Source of the DNA: Octopus vulgaris
Taxonomy: Eukaryota
Reading direction: 5' to 3'
Assembly: GCA_951406725.2 (NCBI GenBank)
Contig: OX597822.1
Location: forward strand, 65,658,001 to 65,722,000
DNA length: 64,000 nucleotides
This document shows, in pieces, positions 40,585 through 54,845 of the stretch. Each line of letters starts with the position of its first letter. Position 1 is the stretch's first letter. The translations under genes and the position numbers were made by a program. The notes beneath the pieces were generated by a model that was not told where the DNA came from, made no database searches, and saw only the letters and a program-made list of their open reading frames with translations.

Positions 40585-41332
40585 TAAGGCTGTGAGCTGG
40601 CAGAATCGTTAGCACGCCGGGCGAAATGCTTTGTGGTATTTCGTCTGCCGTTACGTTCTGAGTTCAAATTCAGCCAAGGTTGACTTTGCCTTTCATCCTT
40701 TCGGATGTACCAGTTACGCGTTGGAGTCGATTTAATCGACTTATTCCCTTTGTCTGTCCTTGTTTGTCTCCTCTGTGTTTAGCCCTTCTGGGTAGTAAAG
40801 AAATAGGTATTTCGTCTGCCCTTACGTTCTGAGTTCAAATTCCGCCGAGGCCGACTTTGCCTTTCATCCTTTTGGGGTTGATTGAATAAGTACCAGTTAC
40901 GCACTGGGGTCGATATAATCAACTTTATCCGTTTGTCTGTCCTTGTCTGTACCCTCTGTGTTTAACCCTTGTGGGTAGTAAAGAAACAGAATTAGGTATT
41001 TCGCCTATCTACACTTCTGAGTTTGCCTTTTATCCTTTCGGGGTCGATAAATTAAGTAGCAGTTACGCGCTGGAGTCGATGTAATCGACTCATTCCCTTT
41101 GTCTGTCCTTGTTTGTCCTCTCTATGTTTAGCCCCTTGTGGGCAATAAAGAAATAAGAGTCGTTAGTGGCATTTCACCTATCTCCATGTTCTGAGTTCAA
41201 ATTCCGCTGAGGTTGACTTTGCCTTTCATTCTTTCGGGTTGGATAAGTTAAGTACCAGTTCAACATTGGAGTCGATGTAATCGTCTCATCGCCTCCCCCC
41301 AAATTGCTCGCCTTGTGCCAAAATTCGAAACT
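40585..41332 (+). mobile_element. SINE with about four tandem ~170-185 bp internal repeats
   Basis: ttctgagtt..tttgccttt..ggtcgat unit repeated; a similar array lies at 50815-51265. Confidence 0.8.
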
Positions 41333-42091
41333 AATATTTATGTAGGGTTTTCACTGAACGTAGAATCTTTAATTAACGGGATCTTATTTTCTTCGACTGT
41401 TTAACATCAAAGAGCTTTCGATAAATGTCAAGGCAAGTTTGATTATGTTTCCCTTAAATATTGCCTATTATTTGTTTTTGCATATTTTTTGTTTTTGTTA
41501 TCTGCAATAAGTATTATCTCGTGATATTCATCATAGTTATAAATCGTGTTATGTTTTGTTATCAATGATTAACGGATACGAAATACATATATGATGAGTG
41601 AAAAATGAAACAAGTAACTGTTCGTTTACTGAATAAGCATGGTAAAAAATGGCTTTCATCTCGCTCACAAATTTCACATAAACAGCTTTAGCTATACAAA
41701 CAGATGTTTGTCAGAACAGAAACCGATGTTACTTCTGAAAATGTAAATTCAATGAAATTACTATTTTGACACATCGAACATATTTCAGTGGCTCAGACGT
41801 ATTGAATGAGATTTTGCACTGAAAAAAAAAATGGTATGAATCGTGCAAACACTTTAAGAAATATAAGTTGGAATAGCACAAACGCTTGAAATGTAGAAAC
41901 AATGTTGATGCTACTACTTTGAATATACTAACGCACGTACATAGTTACACAAGTGTGCTTTTCTGTATATCAAATGCGCTCACAAGGCTTTGGGCAGCAC
42001 TAGGCTATTTAGAAAAGCGCTTGCGCAATTTCCACCCAGTGAAACTGAATCCGCAACGATGCATATATACATACATTTTTTTTAGTAATGC

Positions 42092-42386
42092 TGCCTTTTC
42101 AAGCCTAGCCATGGGCCCGGTTTCCTGGTTTCTGTGGCGTATGTGTTCACCCCAACTAGACGGGACGCTAGTCCATCGCAGCGTTACTCAAGAAACAGGA
42201 AGAGAGAGTGAGAGAAAGTTGAGGCGAAAGAGAACAACAGGGATCACCACCACCCACCGTTGGAGCCTCGTGGAGCTTTAGGTGTTTTCGCTCAATTAAG
42301 ACGCACAACGTCCGGTCTGGAAATCGAAACCGTGATCCTCCGACCACGAGTCCGCTGTCCTAACCACTGGGCCATTGCGCCTCCAC
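42092..42386 (-). mobile_element. tRNA-derived SINE
   Basis: Same family as 53297 and 61081. Confidence 0.85.
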
Positions 42387-43389
42387 ACATACATATATAC
42401 ATACATACACAATACATACATACATGCATGCATGCATACATACATACATACATACATACATACATACATACATACATACACATGTTTGTGTGCGCGCACG
42501 TGTGTGTGCGTATGAGTGTATGTGTGCCTATGTTGCGTGCCTTTGCTTATGCGTGTTTGTACATTTTCCTGTAGCTATGTTTGCGCACGTGTGTATTTTT
42601 ATGTATATCTCAGACATCATGCTCAATACATACTAATTATACAGTGCAACCAGTGCTTAAATTCGCAAGTCATATTACATCATTATACAAAATAACAAAA
42701 GGGAAGCTTAATATCTTGATCAGTGATAAAACTGAGGTGTATCAATCTGTAATCAGACACTGTATCACCATAGTCACCTCTGGTTACAATGTTGAAATGT
42801 TATACAAGGCGTGATAAAAAGCGCCGACAAATGCTATTTTCGGTCGTTGAAATTTTAGAACTACGGACTTAGTGCTTAGCAGTATTTTTTCATGTTTTTC
42901 ATTCTGAGTTCAGATTACGCCGAGGACGAATTTGCCTTTCAATTTTTTGGGTCGATAAAATAAGTACCAGCTTAACACTATTATCAATGTAATCGATATA
43001 ACACCTACCGTAAAATTGCTGGTCTTGTGCGATAATGTGAAACCATCACGTCGGTGACCTGGCAGAACTGTTAGCGCAGCGAACAAAATACTTAGCGGTA
43101 TTCTTTTGGCTTTATGTCTAGTTTCAAAATTCTGCCGAGGTCGCCTTTGCATAAAATTCATGTATTAAGGAGTGCAAAATTAAATAACAAGCAGTTCGTT
43201 TACTGAATAAGTTTGGAAGAAAATGACTTTCAGTTCGTCGCCAAATTGGATCCTTTCCCTTTCAACTGCAGATCGAGAAATTGATTTTTTGTAACAAAAC
43301 AATTTCAAACTTCGGACACTGGTAGAATGTGTCATATAAAACTTCTTTTACGCTTAGTGTTGTTGAGAAAAGTTTATTTGAATGCGGAT

Positions 43390-43529
43390 ATGCTGGAGCA
43401 CCGCCTTTAGCCGAGCAAATCGACCCCAGAACTTATTTTTTCTAAGCCTGGTACTTATTCTATCGGGGACGTAATCACACCACCATCGGTTGTCAAGCGA
43501 TATTGGGGTCACACACAAACATATAACAC

Positions 43530-43595
<66 letters not shown>

Positions 43596-43776
43596 TTATA
43601 TATATATACATATACGACAGGCTTCTTTCAGTTTATGTTTACCAAATCCACTCACAACGCTTTGGTCGGCCCGAGGCTTTAGAAGACATTAGCCCAGAGT
43701 GCCACGCAGTTGGAATGAACCTGGAACCATGTGGCTGGTAAGCAAGCTACTTACCACACAGCTACTCCTGCGCCTA
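43390..43776 (-). mobile_element. tRNA-derived SINE with internal (CA)n
   Basis: Reverse complement of the 12842 family. Confidence 0.85.
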
Positions 43777-44095
43777 CACCGTAAGTTTTCTACATACATA
43801 TTTCAGAAAGAGATTTTTAGTTTGAGAATTCTTTAAAACACACAATGATAATATGTTTATAACCTTTTGCTCATCAATGCCGAAAATTGTACATCCAATT
43901 TCTCTCCCATAATATAAAATAGAATCGCTGAAAATTAATAACAGCCTTATATCAATAATACAACGATTATGACAAAAACACTCGAGGTGGAACGCCTTTA
44001 TGGCCGCGCATCAAAGAATCAAACAAAGAAATCATTAAACAACTTTGCGATAAAGAACTGACAAAATAGCTTCCTTCCATATATGTATGCATGCA

Positions 44096-44236
<141 letters not shown>

Positions 44237-44740
44237 AATTTACATAAGGATAAGATCGTTATTTAAAATTTCGATCTTATCAAGTGGCCAGCATGGGAAT
44301 AAAAACTTTCAAAGTAATAATTATTTTAAAATTATAATTTAGGATATCTAAGAGATACCACCATGCTGGAAATAGCAGCAAAAGCTTGATTCTAAAACCA
44401 CATTAAATGTTCATACACCACCAGGAGAGAAGGCAAAAAGGACAAAATAAACTAAAGATCGTGTGCATACGTGCATATATATGTACGTATACGTTCGTAT
44501 ATGTAAATATTGGAATGTTACATATATATATCTGCATTTATGTGGTGTGTATATTCTACTGATGAGGCAAAGCATTTCTTATGTAGAGACAGACATCCGG
44601 GATCTGGAATTATCCAGTAATTTGTTTGCAAGATTATTTTGTCTTTTTGGTTTCTCTCCTGGTGCTGTATGAACATTTAATGTGGTTTTAGAGTCACGTT
44701 TTGGCTGCTATTTCCAGCGTGGTGATACCCTAAATTATAA

Positions 44741-44741
<1 letters not shown>
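44237..44741 (+). mobile_element. HHR-bearing pLTR-like element with an upstream inverted partial copy
   Basis: 44330-44450 is the reverse complement of 44633-44741; degenerate HHR at 44553-44610 (GACA instead of GAAA); same family as 27082-27378. Confidence 0.75.
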
Positions 44742-44827
<86 letters not shown>

Positions 44828-44849
44828 ATACCTATCTATCTATCCATCC

Positions 44850-44955
<106 letters not shown>

Positions 44956-45447
44956 TTAAGCACACATAAGATATATGCTCTCCAAATATATAGGTTACAT
45001 ACCTACGGATATGTACTGACACACATATCTCGGATTTTGCTGATTTAGCATTAGATAAAATCACATTAGTTCAAAAAATATCAACGACTTATAATGCACA
45101 GAACCACATGCACACACAAATACAACCACTTACAAAGATGCACACGCACACTGCTGCTCACACACAGAGATTCACACGCACACAGCCGCACACGGACACT
45201 CATTGAGACAGTCACAGTAAGTTACGTATGTGTGTATCAGATTTTTTGTGTGTATATGAGAGCATATCATTATTTTAACTTTAAGATACCAGTTGCATTT
45301 TTTTACACCTCAAAGGAAATTATTCATCTGACTTTTTTCCAATTTACATTCTTCGTTTATATTTTATATATATCTAAAGACCGACAACATCTACGAAAAA
45401 CACACCAAAATATGAATACTTTTAACATACAGCAATGACACACACAG

Positions 45448-45507
<60 letters not shown>

Positions 45508-45631
45508 GCACACACATGTACGCAAATACATATATACATGGATGTGTGGGCATATATGCGTGCATTTGTGTAATATATACATACATCTATATACAGGCAT
45601 ATATACATGTGTTTAGGTATGAATATACATT

Positions 45632-45681
<50 letters not shown>

Positions 45682-45718
45682 TACATACATACATATATGT
45701 ATATATATATGTAAGTGC

Positions 45719-45789
<71 letters not shown>

Positions 45790-46294
45790 AATACATACAC
45801 ACATGTATATATGCATGTGTGTAGTCGCGGGCGAGTATATACGCCTATGGAGGCGGATACGTGCAAAAACGGAGAGAAAACATATAGAATAAATAAATTA
45901 TGAGAACAGAGCGAGAGAGAAAATGAGAGAGAGCGAGACAGAGGGAGAGAAAGAGAATGACAGTGAGAAACAGAGAGTGAAATTAAGAAGGTTCCTATGT
46001 GCTAAAATGCGATAGACAGCGAAATGCAGTTACAATTAAACAGATAAATTGCCTACCGACCTAGCGGGCAGCAGACACTGCATAAACGACACTACATATA
46101 AAAAATCATTAACTACCTCTAATGGATGTACATGAGTCATTAGCATTATAAATACGTTATATGCAGCTGTCGTTTTCTCTTCATAGCTTAGAGGTAGACA
46201 TTTAAGCAACTTTCTCAATGGTTATCTCCAGGTAACCCCTGCTTGCAAATTTTGGCCTATTTTAACTAGATTAATTTTGTTGGATATTTTTGGA

Positions 46295-46380
<86 letters not shown>

Positions 46381-46736
46381 CATTATTGTCATCATCATCA
46401 TTATTTCTCTTCTTTTAAAAATTCTGAATAGTATTATTTATATAGTTAGTGATATTTAGCTGTGAGGGGATGTGTTTAGTGGTGGATATATTTATTCTCG
46501 CAAATAGCTGGTGACCTGAAATATTTTGTATTATATCTGACAAAAATCATCATCGCGATCATTATTATAATCATCATGATCGTCATTATCATCTTTTTCA
46601 TCATCATTATCATCACCAATTTCGTCGCTATCGTCAATATCTTCATGTTTCTCATCCTCACCATCTTCATTCTCACATTCTCATATTTATAATTTTCTCT
46701 TTTATATTTATCATCATCATCATCATCCTCATCATC

Positions 46737-46781
<45 letters not shown>

Positions 46782-46969
46782 GTTGTTGTTGTTGTTGCTT
46801 TTATATCACCCTGACTAACCAACTATTCAATTAAATTCAAATACAACGAAGTAGAAACGCACAGAAAAAGAATTTAATAGCAAAAAAAGGAATATTTAAT
46901 AGAAATAAAGAACAGTAAGAAAAGAATAAGACAAAACGAAGGAATAAAAGAAAGAAGGAAAAAAAGGAA

Positions 46970-47024
<55 letters not shown>

Positions 47025-47371
47025 GTGAGATTAACATCAACACAGAAATCTTTTGGAAAGATATAATCGACTGGAAATAATCGATAAAACAACATCAACA
47101 ATAGCAACAACAACAACAACAACAACAGCAACAGTAGAACTGTCAATAACAATATCGACAAGAACGTCAACAACAATAAAATTAATAGCAGAAGAAGTAA
47201 AACAGAAAAATATGTAACGAAAACTATCAATATTAGTAACAGAAAAAAAAAAAAAAAAAAAACCTTCCACAAAATAAACGTTCAAAAATAAATATAGAAA
47301 TATCTAAACGTGTCAACAGTTTTATATACAGAATTATGTATGCGTGTGTGTATGTGTGTATGGATATGTAT

Positions 47372-47402
<31 letters not shown>

Positions 47403-48117
47403 TATATATATATAAGAATTAATCAATCTTAATTCCTGTCTCTTAACACGATGTCTCGTCACTTCCGCCTTAATTTCTTTTTAATTCCAATACGATCTTC
47501 ATTCTCCTAGTCAAATCAACACGTTCATTCTTGAAATGCCTGACATTGCAATATTTTTACCCTCCATAGACATTCAAAAACGGCAATATCCTGATTCTTC
47601 TCTGTCTCGCTGACTTCATTCTTTCTTCCTAGCAAATTTGTTATTCATAATTATAGCTTTTATTTCAGTTTATTATATTTTCCTAATCAATTATAATATG
47701 TATTTATTATTTATTTTTTTTATAAATTTCAAAATATTTTTAATTATTACTTTTTATTTTTAATTATATACATAAAAAAATTTAATCACAAAGCAATAAA
47801 TAAAAATACGTAATACAGAATTTTTTTATGGTTTTAGTAAAATGAAAATTATAGAAAAATTGAATTTTTCCCCTGTTTTTTTCTTTATATTATTTTTTTA
47901 GAGGTGGGGGGTAGCATTCCTTCATTACGGCATATAAATAGGAACAAAAGAGCATTATTACATCAATGCCAGAGTAACCCCTCCCTTGCGAAATACTGAT
48001 AAGATCTGAAAATGAAACAAAGCGAAGAGACGAAAACTGGAAAAAGATAAAAAGCTATCAACAACATCAATTAATGTAAAACGGAAATTTTTGGATACTA
48101 CTACTACTACTAGTAAC

Positions 48118-48235
<118 letters not shown>

Positions 48236-48949
48236 GTGATAATAATAATCACAGTAATAAATAAATAGATAAATAAATAGAAACATCATTTTGAAATTTT
48301 TAATGATTTTGGTTCGGTATTTAAATCTTTTGTTATTTCTGGATTGTCTAATGAAACTATTTAACTGAGCAGAAATGGAGGAAAGATGTTAATGGCACGT
48401 ATATATTGTATTATGCAAGTCATGCGAATCATTCGTCTTTAGATAAGCTTGTTGCTGATAATTATGTAAACCATTGGTTTGTTTTTATTCTTTTGTGATC
48501 GTTGATGTCCTAACTATTATTAACTATACGTTGTTATTCTATTATTAACTTTACGTTGTTATTCTGTTACTAGTTTCAGGTAAGAGGTTGCTGCTATGGA
48601 AGTGCAGCGAATTTATGGATTTCAGCCGGCGAAACGGACAACAATAGTTTCAGTTTCATACCATAGTGTCTTCAGTGTAGACAAAACAAAATTTATTTTT
48701 CAGTTGGCAGATATAAGCACCGATCAGCAAACAACTCTATTCGCTGAAAACATAAAGAAATCCAGCAGCTTTCACCCTCAAACTTCCGGGTGCTTCTGGT
48801 TGTCGCAATACCACATGTCGAAGCACACGTATGCGACAATACCGTGCGCCAGTGAGACGAGAATGTTGAGACCACAGTTGTCTAAAAGGGAGAGGTCATT
48901 CTCTTAAGGCATACACTACAGCGCTCAGCATATTTTCTTTGTGAACTTG

Positions 48950-49343
48950 CTCTTTTACTCTTTTACTCTTTTACTTGTTTAAGTCATTTATATGTGGCCA
49001 TGCTGGAGCACTGCCTTTAGTCGAGCAAATCGACCCCAAGGCTTATTCTTTGGAAGCCTAGTACTTATTCTATCGGTCTCTTTTGCCGAACCGCTAAGCT
49101 ATGGGGACATGAACACACCAGCATCGGTTGTCAAGCGATGTTGGGGGGACAAACGCAGACACACAAACACACACACATATACATATATACGACAGGCGTC
49201 TTTCAGTTTCCGTCTACTAAATCCACTCACAACGCTTTGGTCGGTCTGAGGCAATTGTAGAAGACACTTGCCCAAGGTGCCACGCAGTGGGACTGAACCC
49301 GGAACCATATGGTTGGTAAGCAACCTACTTACCACATAGCCAT
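48950..49343 (-). mobile_element. tRNA-derived SINE
   Basis: Reverse complement of the 12842 family, with a (cttttact)n tail. Confidence 0.85.
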
Positions 49344-50750
49344 GTTATGAATAAATATGCAAATATTTATTCAGTCTGATACTTTTCTCAGTTTTTTTGA
49401 CATGCCGGTTGACATAAACACCGACATAAATAATCTGCGTAGCATGTCATGAAAGTGGAAATGTTTACGTTTGTTTCGAGTCCTCCCCAAGTTTTATTCT
49501 GGCAACTTCAAATCAGAATACATTGATATAAGAGGGTAAGTCATCTGTGCAAGCGACTACGCAGTTGAATTGAACAAAGAAGTAAATGATTGTCAACCGA
49601 AATTCTTAAAAACATATCTAAGTCTAAATAAAGCTATGAACACCTGTAATGAGGTTCCCATTTCTGTTGATACATCACGAATTTTTTGCAGACTCTTGTT
49701 TTTTATGTTTATACATACGGACGTTTGTACATGTTTGTACATGCAAACTATTGTGTTTTTTTTTTATGTTTGTATTCCCAGATATTCATTTCCACTAAAA
49801 GCGGAAGGCACGAAGTATTTCATTAAGCGCATATTTTAACAAAACCCGAAGGATTAGATTCAAGGTTGAATCACACGTAAAATTCAAGCTGCTGTGTAAA
49901 AATGCATAAGAAATGTCGTTTTCGCCTTCATCTTGACAAATGTGCCAGTTTAAAGGCACACGAATTGTACTTATAATTCACACACATAGATATATCAGCA
50001 ATATTCCTAAATATTTCGCAGATGCAAGGAAAATTCTATCTTAGATTAATTATTTAATAGAAATAGGTGAAGAGGTGGGAAAAATTCATAAATATGTAAA
50101 CATAATGTAAAAATAAATAATAATGAAGACAGAAATGAAGACAACAGTGTTTGGCACAAAGAAAATACGTCAGTTGTATCCATACTAAGATATATAACCC
50201 GTTTGTCTGTCCTTGTTTGTCCTCTATGTTTAGCCCCTTGTGGGTAATAAAGAAATAAGAAATATTAGCAAGTAAAATATGTCTTACATAGAACTAAAAT
50301 AACGTCAGTGATACCAAACATAAAAATCGTTGATTTCTAATGTCGAACAAAGAGCAAATACAGTTTTGGAATATTGTCCAAGAGCATGAGAGATCTAAAA
50401 AGGTAAAATAATCTTTAGAAATTATTACAAATGGATTTTCAGTTTCGTATGTTCTCAAATAGCTATGAAGCACGAGGAAGTAGGTTATGAAGAATTAGTT
50501 GCCCTTATTTGTCTTTCCTTAGGGTAATAAGCGATTTAAGTAACTTCGTTCCTTGTAGTGACTTCAAACGAAATATATGCAAAGAAAGCAGCTGTAATAT
50601 ACACAACAATATTTATGCCGGTTACAACAGCAATATCAATGTTATTTATACACACTTATATATGTATATATGTACACACACGCATTTAAGATACAAACAA
50701 AATTTGCTTTGCTTATGTGTATGAATACATACATATGTACGTGCACTCAA

Positions 50751-50786
<36 letters not shown>

Positions 50787-50814
50787 TGTGTGTGTGTGTA
50801 TGTATGTGTGTGTG

Positions 50815-51265
50815 TGATGTAATCGACTTAATCCGTTTGTCTGTCCTTATTTGTCGTCTCTGTGTTGAGCCCCTTGTGGATTGTAAAGAAATAGGTATTT
50901 CATCCGCCGCTGCGTTCTGAGTTCAAATTCCACCGAGGTCGACTTTGCCTTTCATCCTTTCGGGGTCGATTAAATAAGTACCAGTTATGCCATGGGGTCG
51001 ATATAGTCGACTTAATCTGTTTGTCTATCCTTGTTTGTCCTCTCTATGTTTAAACCCCTTGTGGGTAGTAAAGAAATAGATATTTCTTCTGCCGTTACGT
51101 TCTGAGTTCAAATTCTACCGAGGTCAACTTTGTCTTTCATCTTTTCGTGGTCGATAGATTAAGTACCAGTTACGCACTGAGGTCGATGCAATCGATTTAA
51201 TCCCTTTGTCTGTCCTTGTTTGTCCCCTCTATGTTTAGCCCCTTGTGGGCAATAAAGAAATAAGG
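50815..51265 (+). mobile_element. Tandem SINE-body repeats
   Basis: Same unit as 40585-41332. Confidence 0.8.
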
Positions 51266-51274
51266 AAGATAAAC

Positions 51275-51545
51275 ACTACAATTAACTGCAGAATATGTGG
51301 TGATGGGGGGGGAGAAACAATAAATTATATTGTCGCTAGCTACCCAGTCCTGGCTAAGAAAGACTATAACCACACGTATGACAGATTTGAGACCTGTATA
51401 CACTGGAAGCTATGCCAACACTATAGAATAACAACACAATGACGATGGTACAGGCACACTCCCTAAAAGATCTCAGAAAAGGACGAAGCAACCACGTCAT
51501 AGATATAGTTGTCAGAGATGATCGAGAAAAAAAATACCTTGATTC
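51275..51545 (+). mobile_element. Degenerate fragment of the Dong/R4-type element
   Basis: NCRICGDGGGETINYIV..PVLAKK..IHWKLCQHY; aligns to 6055-6365. Confidence 0.85.
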
Positions 51546-51658
51546 GGCGGAATTTGAACCCATATCATAGCGATGCGCAGACGTGCAAGCAATTCTGCCG
51601 GGCCTGCTGGCAATTCTGCCAAATCGCGCCAGAGTGATAATAATAAGAACAACAACAA

Positions 51659-51699
<41 letters not shown>

Positions 51700-51734
51700 G
51701 TAATTATAATAATAATAATAATAATAATAATCAT

Positions 51735-51870
51735 AGGCACAGGAGAGGTTTTGTGGTAAATAGCTTGCTTACGAAACACATGGTTCCGGGTTCAGTCCCA
51801 CTGCGTGGCACCTTGAGCAAGTGTCTTCTACTATAGCCTCATTGTGAGTGGATTTAGTAGGCGGAAACGA

Positions 51871-51958
<88 letters not shown>

Positions 51959-52365
51959 AGAATTCACAAAAAAACAAAAGACGAACACATGTGGTGTAGA
52001 AAACAAACAGATGTATTAGTATAATGCTTGGGCATTGAAAAAGTCTTTAACGTTTCGAGCCTACGCTCTTCCACAGAAAGGAACACAGAAATAAACAAGG
52101 AGGGAAAAAATGTGTGTAGTGGCTAGCGATCTATATGTGTGTGTGTGTGTGTGTGCGCGTGTATATGTTTTTGTGTCTGTGTTTGTCCCCCACCCCAACA
52201 TCGCATGACAACAGATGCTGGTGTGTTTACGTCCCCGTCACTTAGCGGTTCGGCAAGAGAGTCCGACAGAATACGTACTAGGCTTAAAAAAGAATAAGTC
52301 CTGGGGTCGATTTGCTCGACTAAAGGCGGTGCTCCAGCATGACCGCAGTCAAATGACTGAAACAA
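51735..52365 (+). mobile_element. tRNA-SINE interrupted by (TA)n and a nested HHR-variant element
   Basis: SINE head 51735-51870 and tail 52135-52365; insert at 51955-52130. Confidence 0.8.
52045..52080 (-). ncRNA. Variant minimal hammerhead-like motif
   Basis: Minus strand reads CTTT-CTGTGGA-A-GAGC(gtag)GCTC-GAAA-CG-TT-AAAG; core position A6 is replaced by T. Confidence 0.55.
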
Positions 52366-52424
52366 ACAAATAAATAAATATTTAAATAGATAAATAATAA
52401 CAATAATAATAATAATAATAATAT

Positions 52425-52458
<34 letters not shown>

Positions 52459-53296
52459 CTCACTTCTTGAAACCTCTTTCGCCATGTCTACATAAACAAT
52501 TGTATTTCTCTCTACTATCAAAATACGTAACAGTAATACATTGGTTAGTTTCGTTCTTTCTACTCTCATCGTTCTTAAGCTAATTTCCAACTCAGCCAAG
52601 AGAATGTGGGCTTTTTTGTCGTACTGGTTGTTCACTTCTATTAGTTACTATTACAATAGTTGCACTTTACTATAGTAATTACGCGTACTATTATTCCTCC
52701 TATTGTATCGTCTGCGTTTTTTACGTTTTTTTTTTACTTGTTTTTTTTTTCTTCTTAATTGCTGCTGCTGCTGCTGCTGTTGCGGCTGTTAATTTACCCC
52801 TTGTGTTTGTTGTTGCTGTGGTGGTTTCTTCTCTTTTTTTTTTTCATATGTTTGACAATGACGACATCAGGCATCGTAGTTTCTGAATGCTAATATTGTA
52901 AAATGGAAATAATGACTCAAATTCATGAGTAAAAAAATAGAGATGGTGGTGATGTGGTCGGTTAGTGGTGGTGGTGGTGGTGGTGGTGGTGGTAGTGGTG
53001 GCGATCGATGAACAGATGTAGAGATGTCAATGTTTGGTAACGGAAAACTGTGTGACTGACTATCATCCCATATTTGACTGAACATAAAAGAAAATACTAA
53101 TACAACTATAACCATGATAATAAATAAATGAATAAACAAACAAACAAAGAAACAATTATATAAATAAATAAATAAATAAATAAATATGTGTACATCTTCG
53201 GTGTTGGAAAACAAATCTGTTACGAAAGTGAATTAACTACGTCGTATCCCAAATATGGCGGGCGTCAATACATTTAATCTGTAACTTAGTTTAATG

Positions 53297-53578
53297 GGAA
53301 GCGAAATGGCCCAGTGTTTAGGGCAGCGGACTCGCGGTCGGAGGATCACGGGCAATGTGTATTTATTGAGCGAAAACACCTAAATTTCCACGAGGCTCCG
53401 GCAGGGGGTGATGACGACCCCAGTTGTACTCTTTCGCCATAAATTTCTCGCACTCTCTCTTCCTATTTCTTGAGTAACGCTGCGATGGACTGGCGTGCCG
53501 TACACCTGGGGAGAACACATACAACACAGAAACCGGGAAACCTGGCCCATGAGACTAGCTAGACTTGAACAGGGCGAA
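53297..53578 (+). mobile_element. tRNA-derived SINE
   Basis: Head ggaagcgaaatggcccagtgtttagggcagcggactc. Confidence 0.8.
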
Positions 53579-53910
53579 AAGAAAAGAAAGAAATAATTCT
53601 AATGCGAGATGAAATACTCTATTATTCTGTTACTAGTTGCGTTTGGGTTGCAGCCGTATTGGGTCACCACTTTTAAGGGTTTTAACGACATTTATCGATC
53701 CCTGTGCAAATTTTAATTTTCTATCTCTTTTATCGGTCCCTGTTTGTAGAGCATAAAAGGCTTTTAGACAAAATACACATTAACAAGTCTCGCAAACAAA
53801 CACGGGTCTGTATATTTATCTTTTACCTTTTAATTATTTCAGTCATAAGACTGCGGCCATGCTGGGGCACCACCTTGAAAAATTTTTAGTCGAATGGATT
53901 GACCCCACTA

Positions 53911-53980
<70 letters not shown>

Positions 53981-53985
<5 letters not shown>

Positions 53986-54090
53986 TAGTTTTATTTTTAT
54001 ATTCATTACCGAGCGCAGCTCTGTGTGCCTTGGGTATGTGCTGTGATTTGTTGTGATGCTCTGATGGTTATTGTATGGAAAGTGTTCTGC

Positions 54091-54091
<1 letters not shown>
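53981..54091 (-). mobile_element. Extreme 3' end of the Dong/R4-type element in (TTA)n
   Basis: Reverse complement of 6606-6722 with an internal gap; TTA repeats on both sides. Confidence 0.85.
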
Positions 54092-54130
<39 letters not shown>

Positions 54131-54348
54131 TTTCTCTTTTATGTCCAGTACTTGTTCTATAGGCTTCAGTGTCGAACCGGTAAGTTACAGAAACATAAAT
54201 ACACCAACACCGGTTGTCGAGCTGAGGAGATACATGTGCCGGGTGTGGGGGTGGGCATAAACACAGACAGAAAACACACACGCACAGAAATATATAGAGA
54301 CGTAGAAGCATTCTCACGCACACGCACGCACACGCATATCTATATAAC

Positions 54349-54382
<34 letters not shown>

Positions 54383-54442
54383 TGTATGTATGTATCAACC
54401 AATCTATCTATCTATCTGTCTGTCTCTCTCTCTCTCTCTCTA

Positions 54443-54499
<57 letters not shown>

Positions 54500-54636
54500 T
54501 ATTTTCATATTATTGTTTTTATTTTTTCATTTCGTTCCTGTCGAATTTTATCCCTAATTTTGTGGTTATAGAACCTAGCTGGTCTTTCTAGCGTATTGAA
54601 TCCCATGAGTGGATGTCTTATGTGTTTAAATGTACA

Positions 54637-54694
<58 letters not shown>

Positions 54695-54809
54695 ATATAT
54701 ATGTATATATATATATATGTATATGTATGTATTTATATATATATGTATATGTATGTATATATATATGTATATATATATTTATATATATATGTATATATAT
54801 ATATATATA

Positions 54810-54845
<36 letters not shown>

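Noticed and set aside
48596-48907. Possible exon after ttttttcag (48703)
   Set aside because: No recognisable protein motif or convincing donor site.
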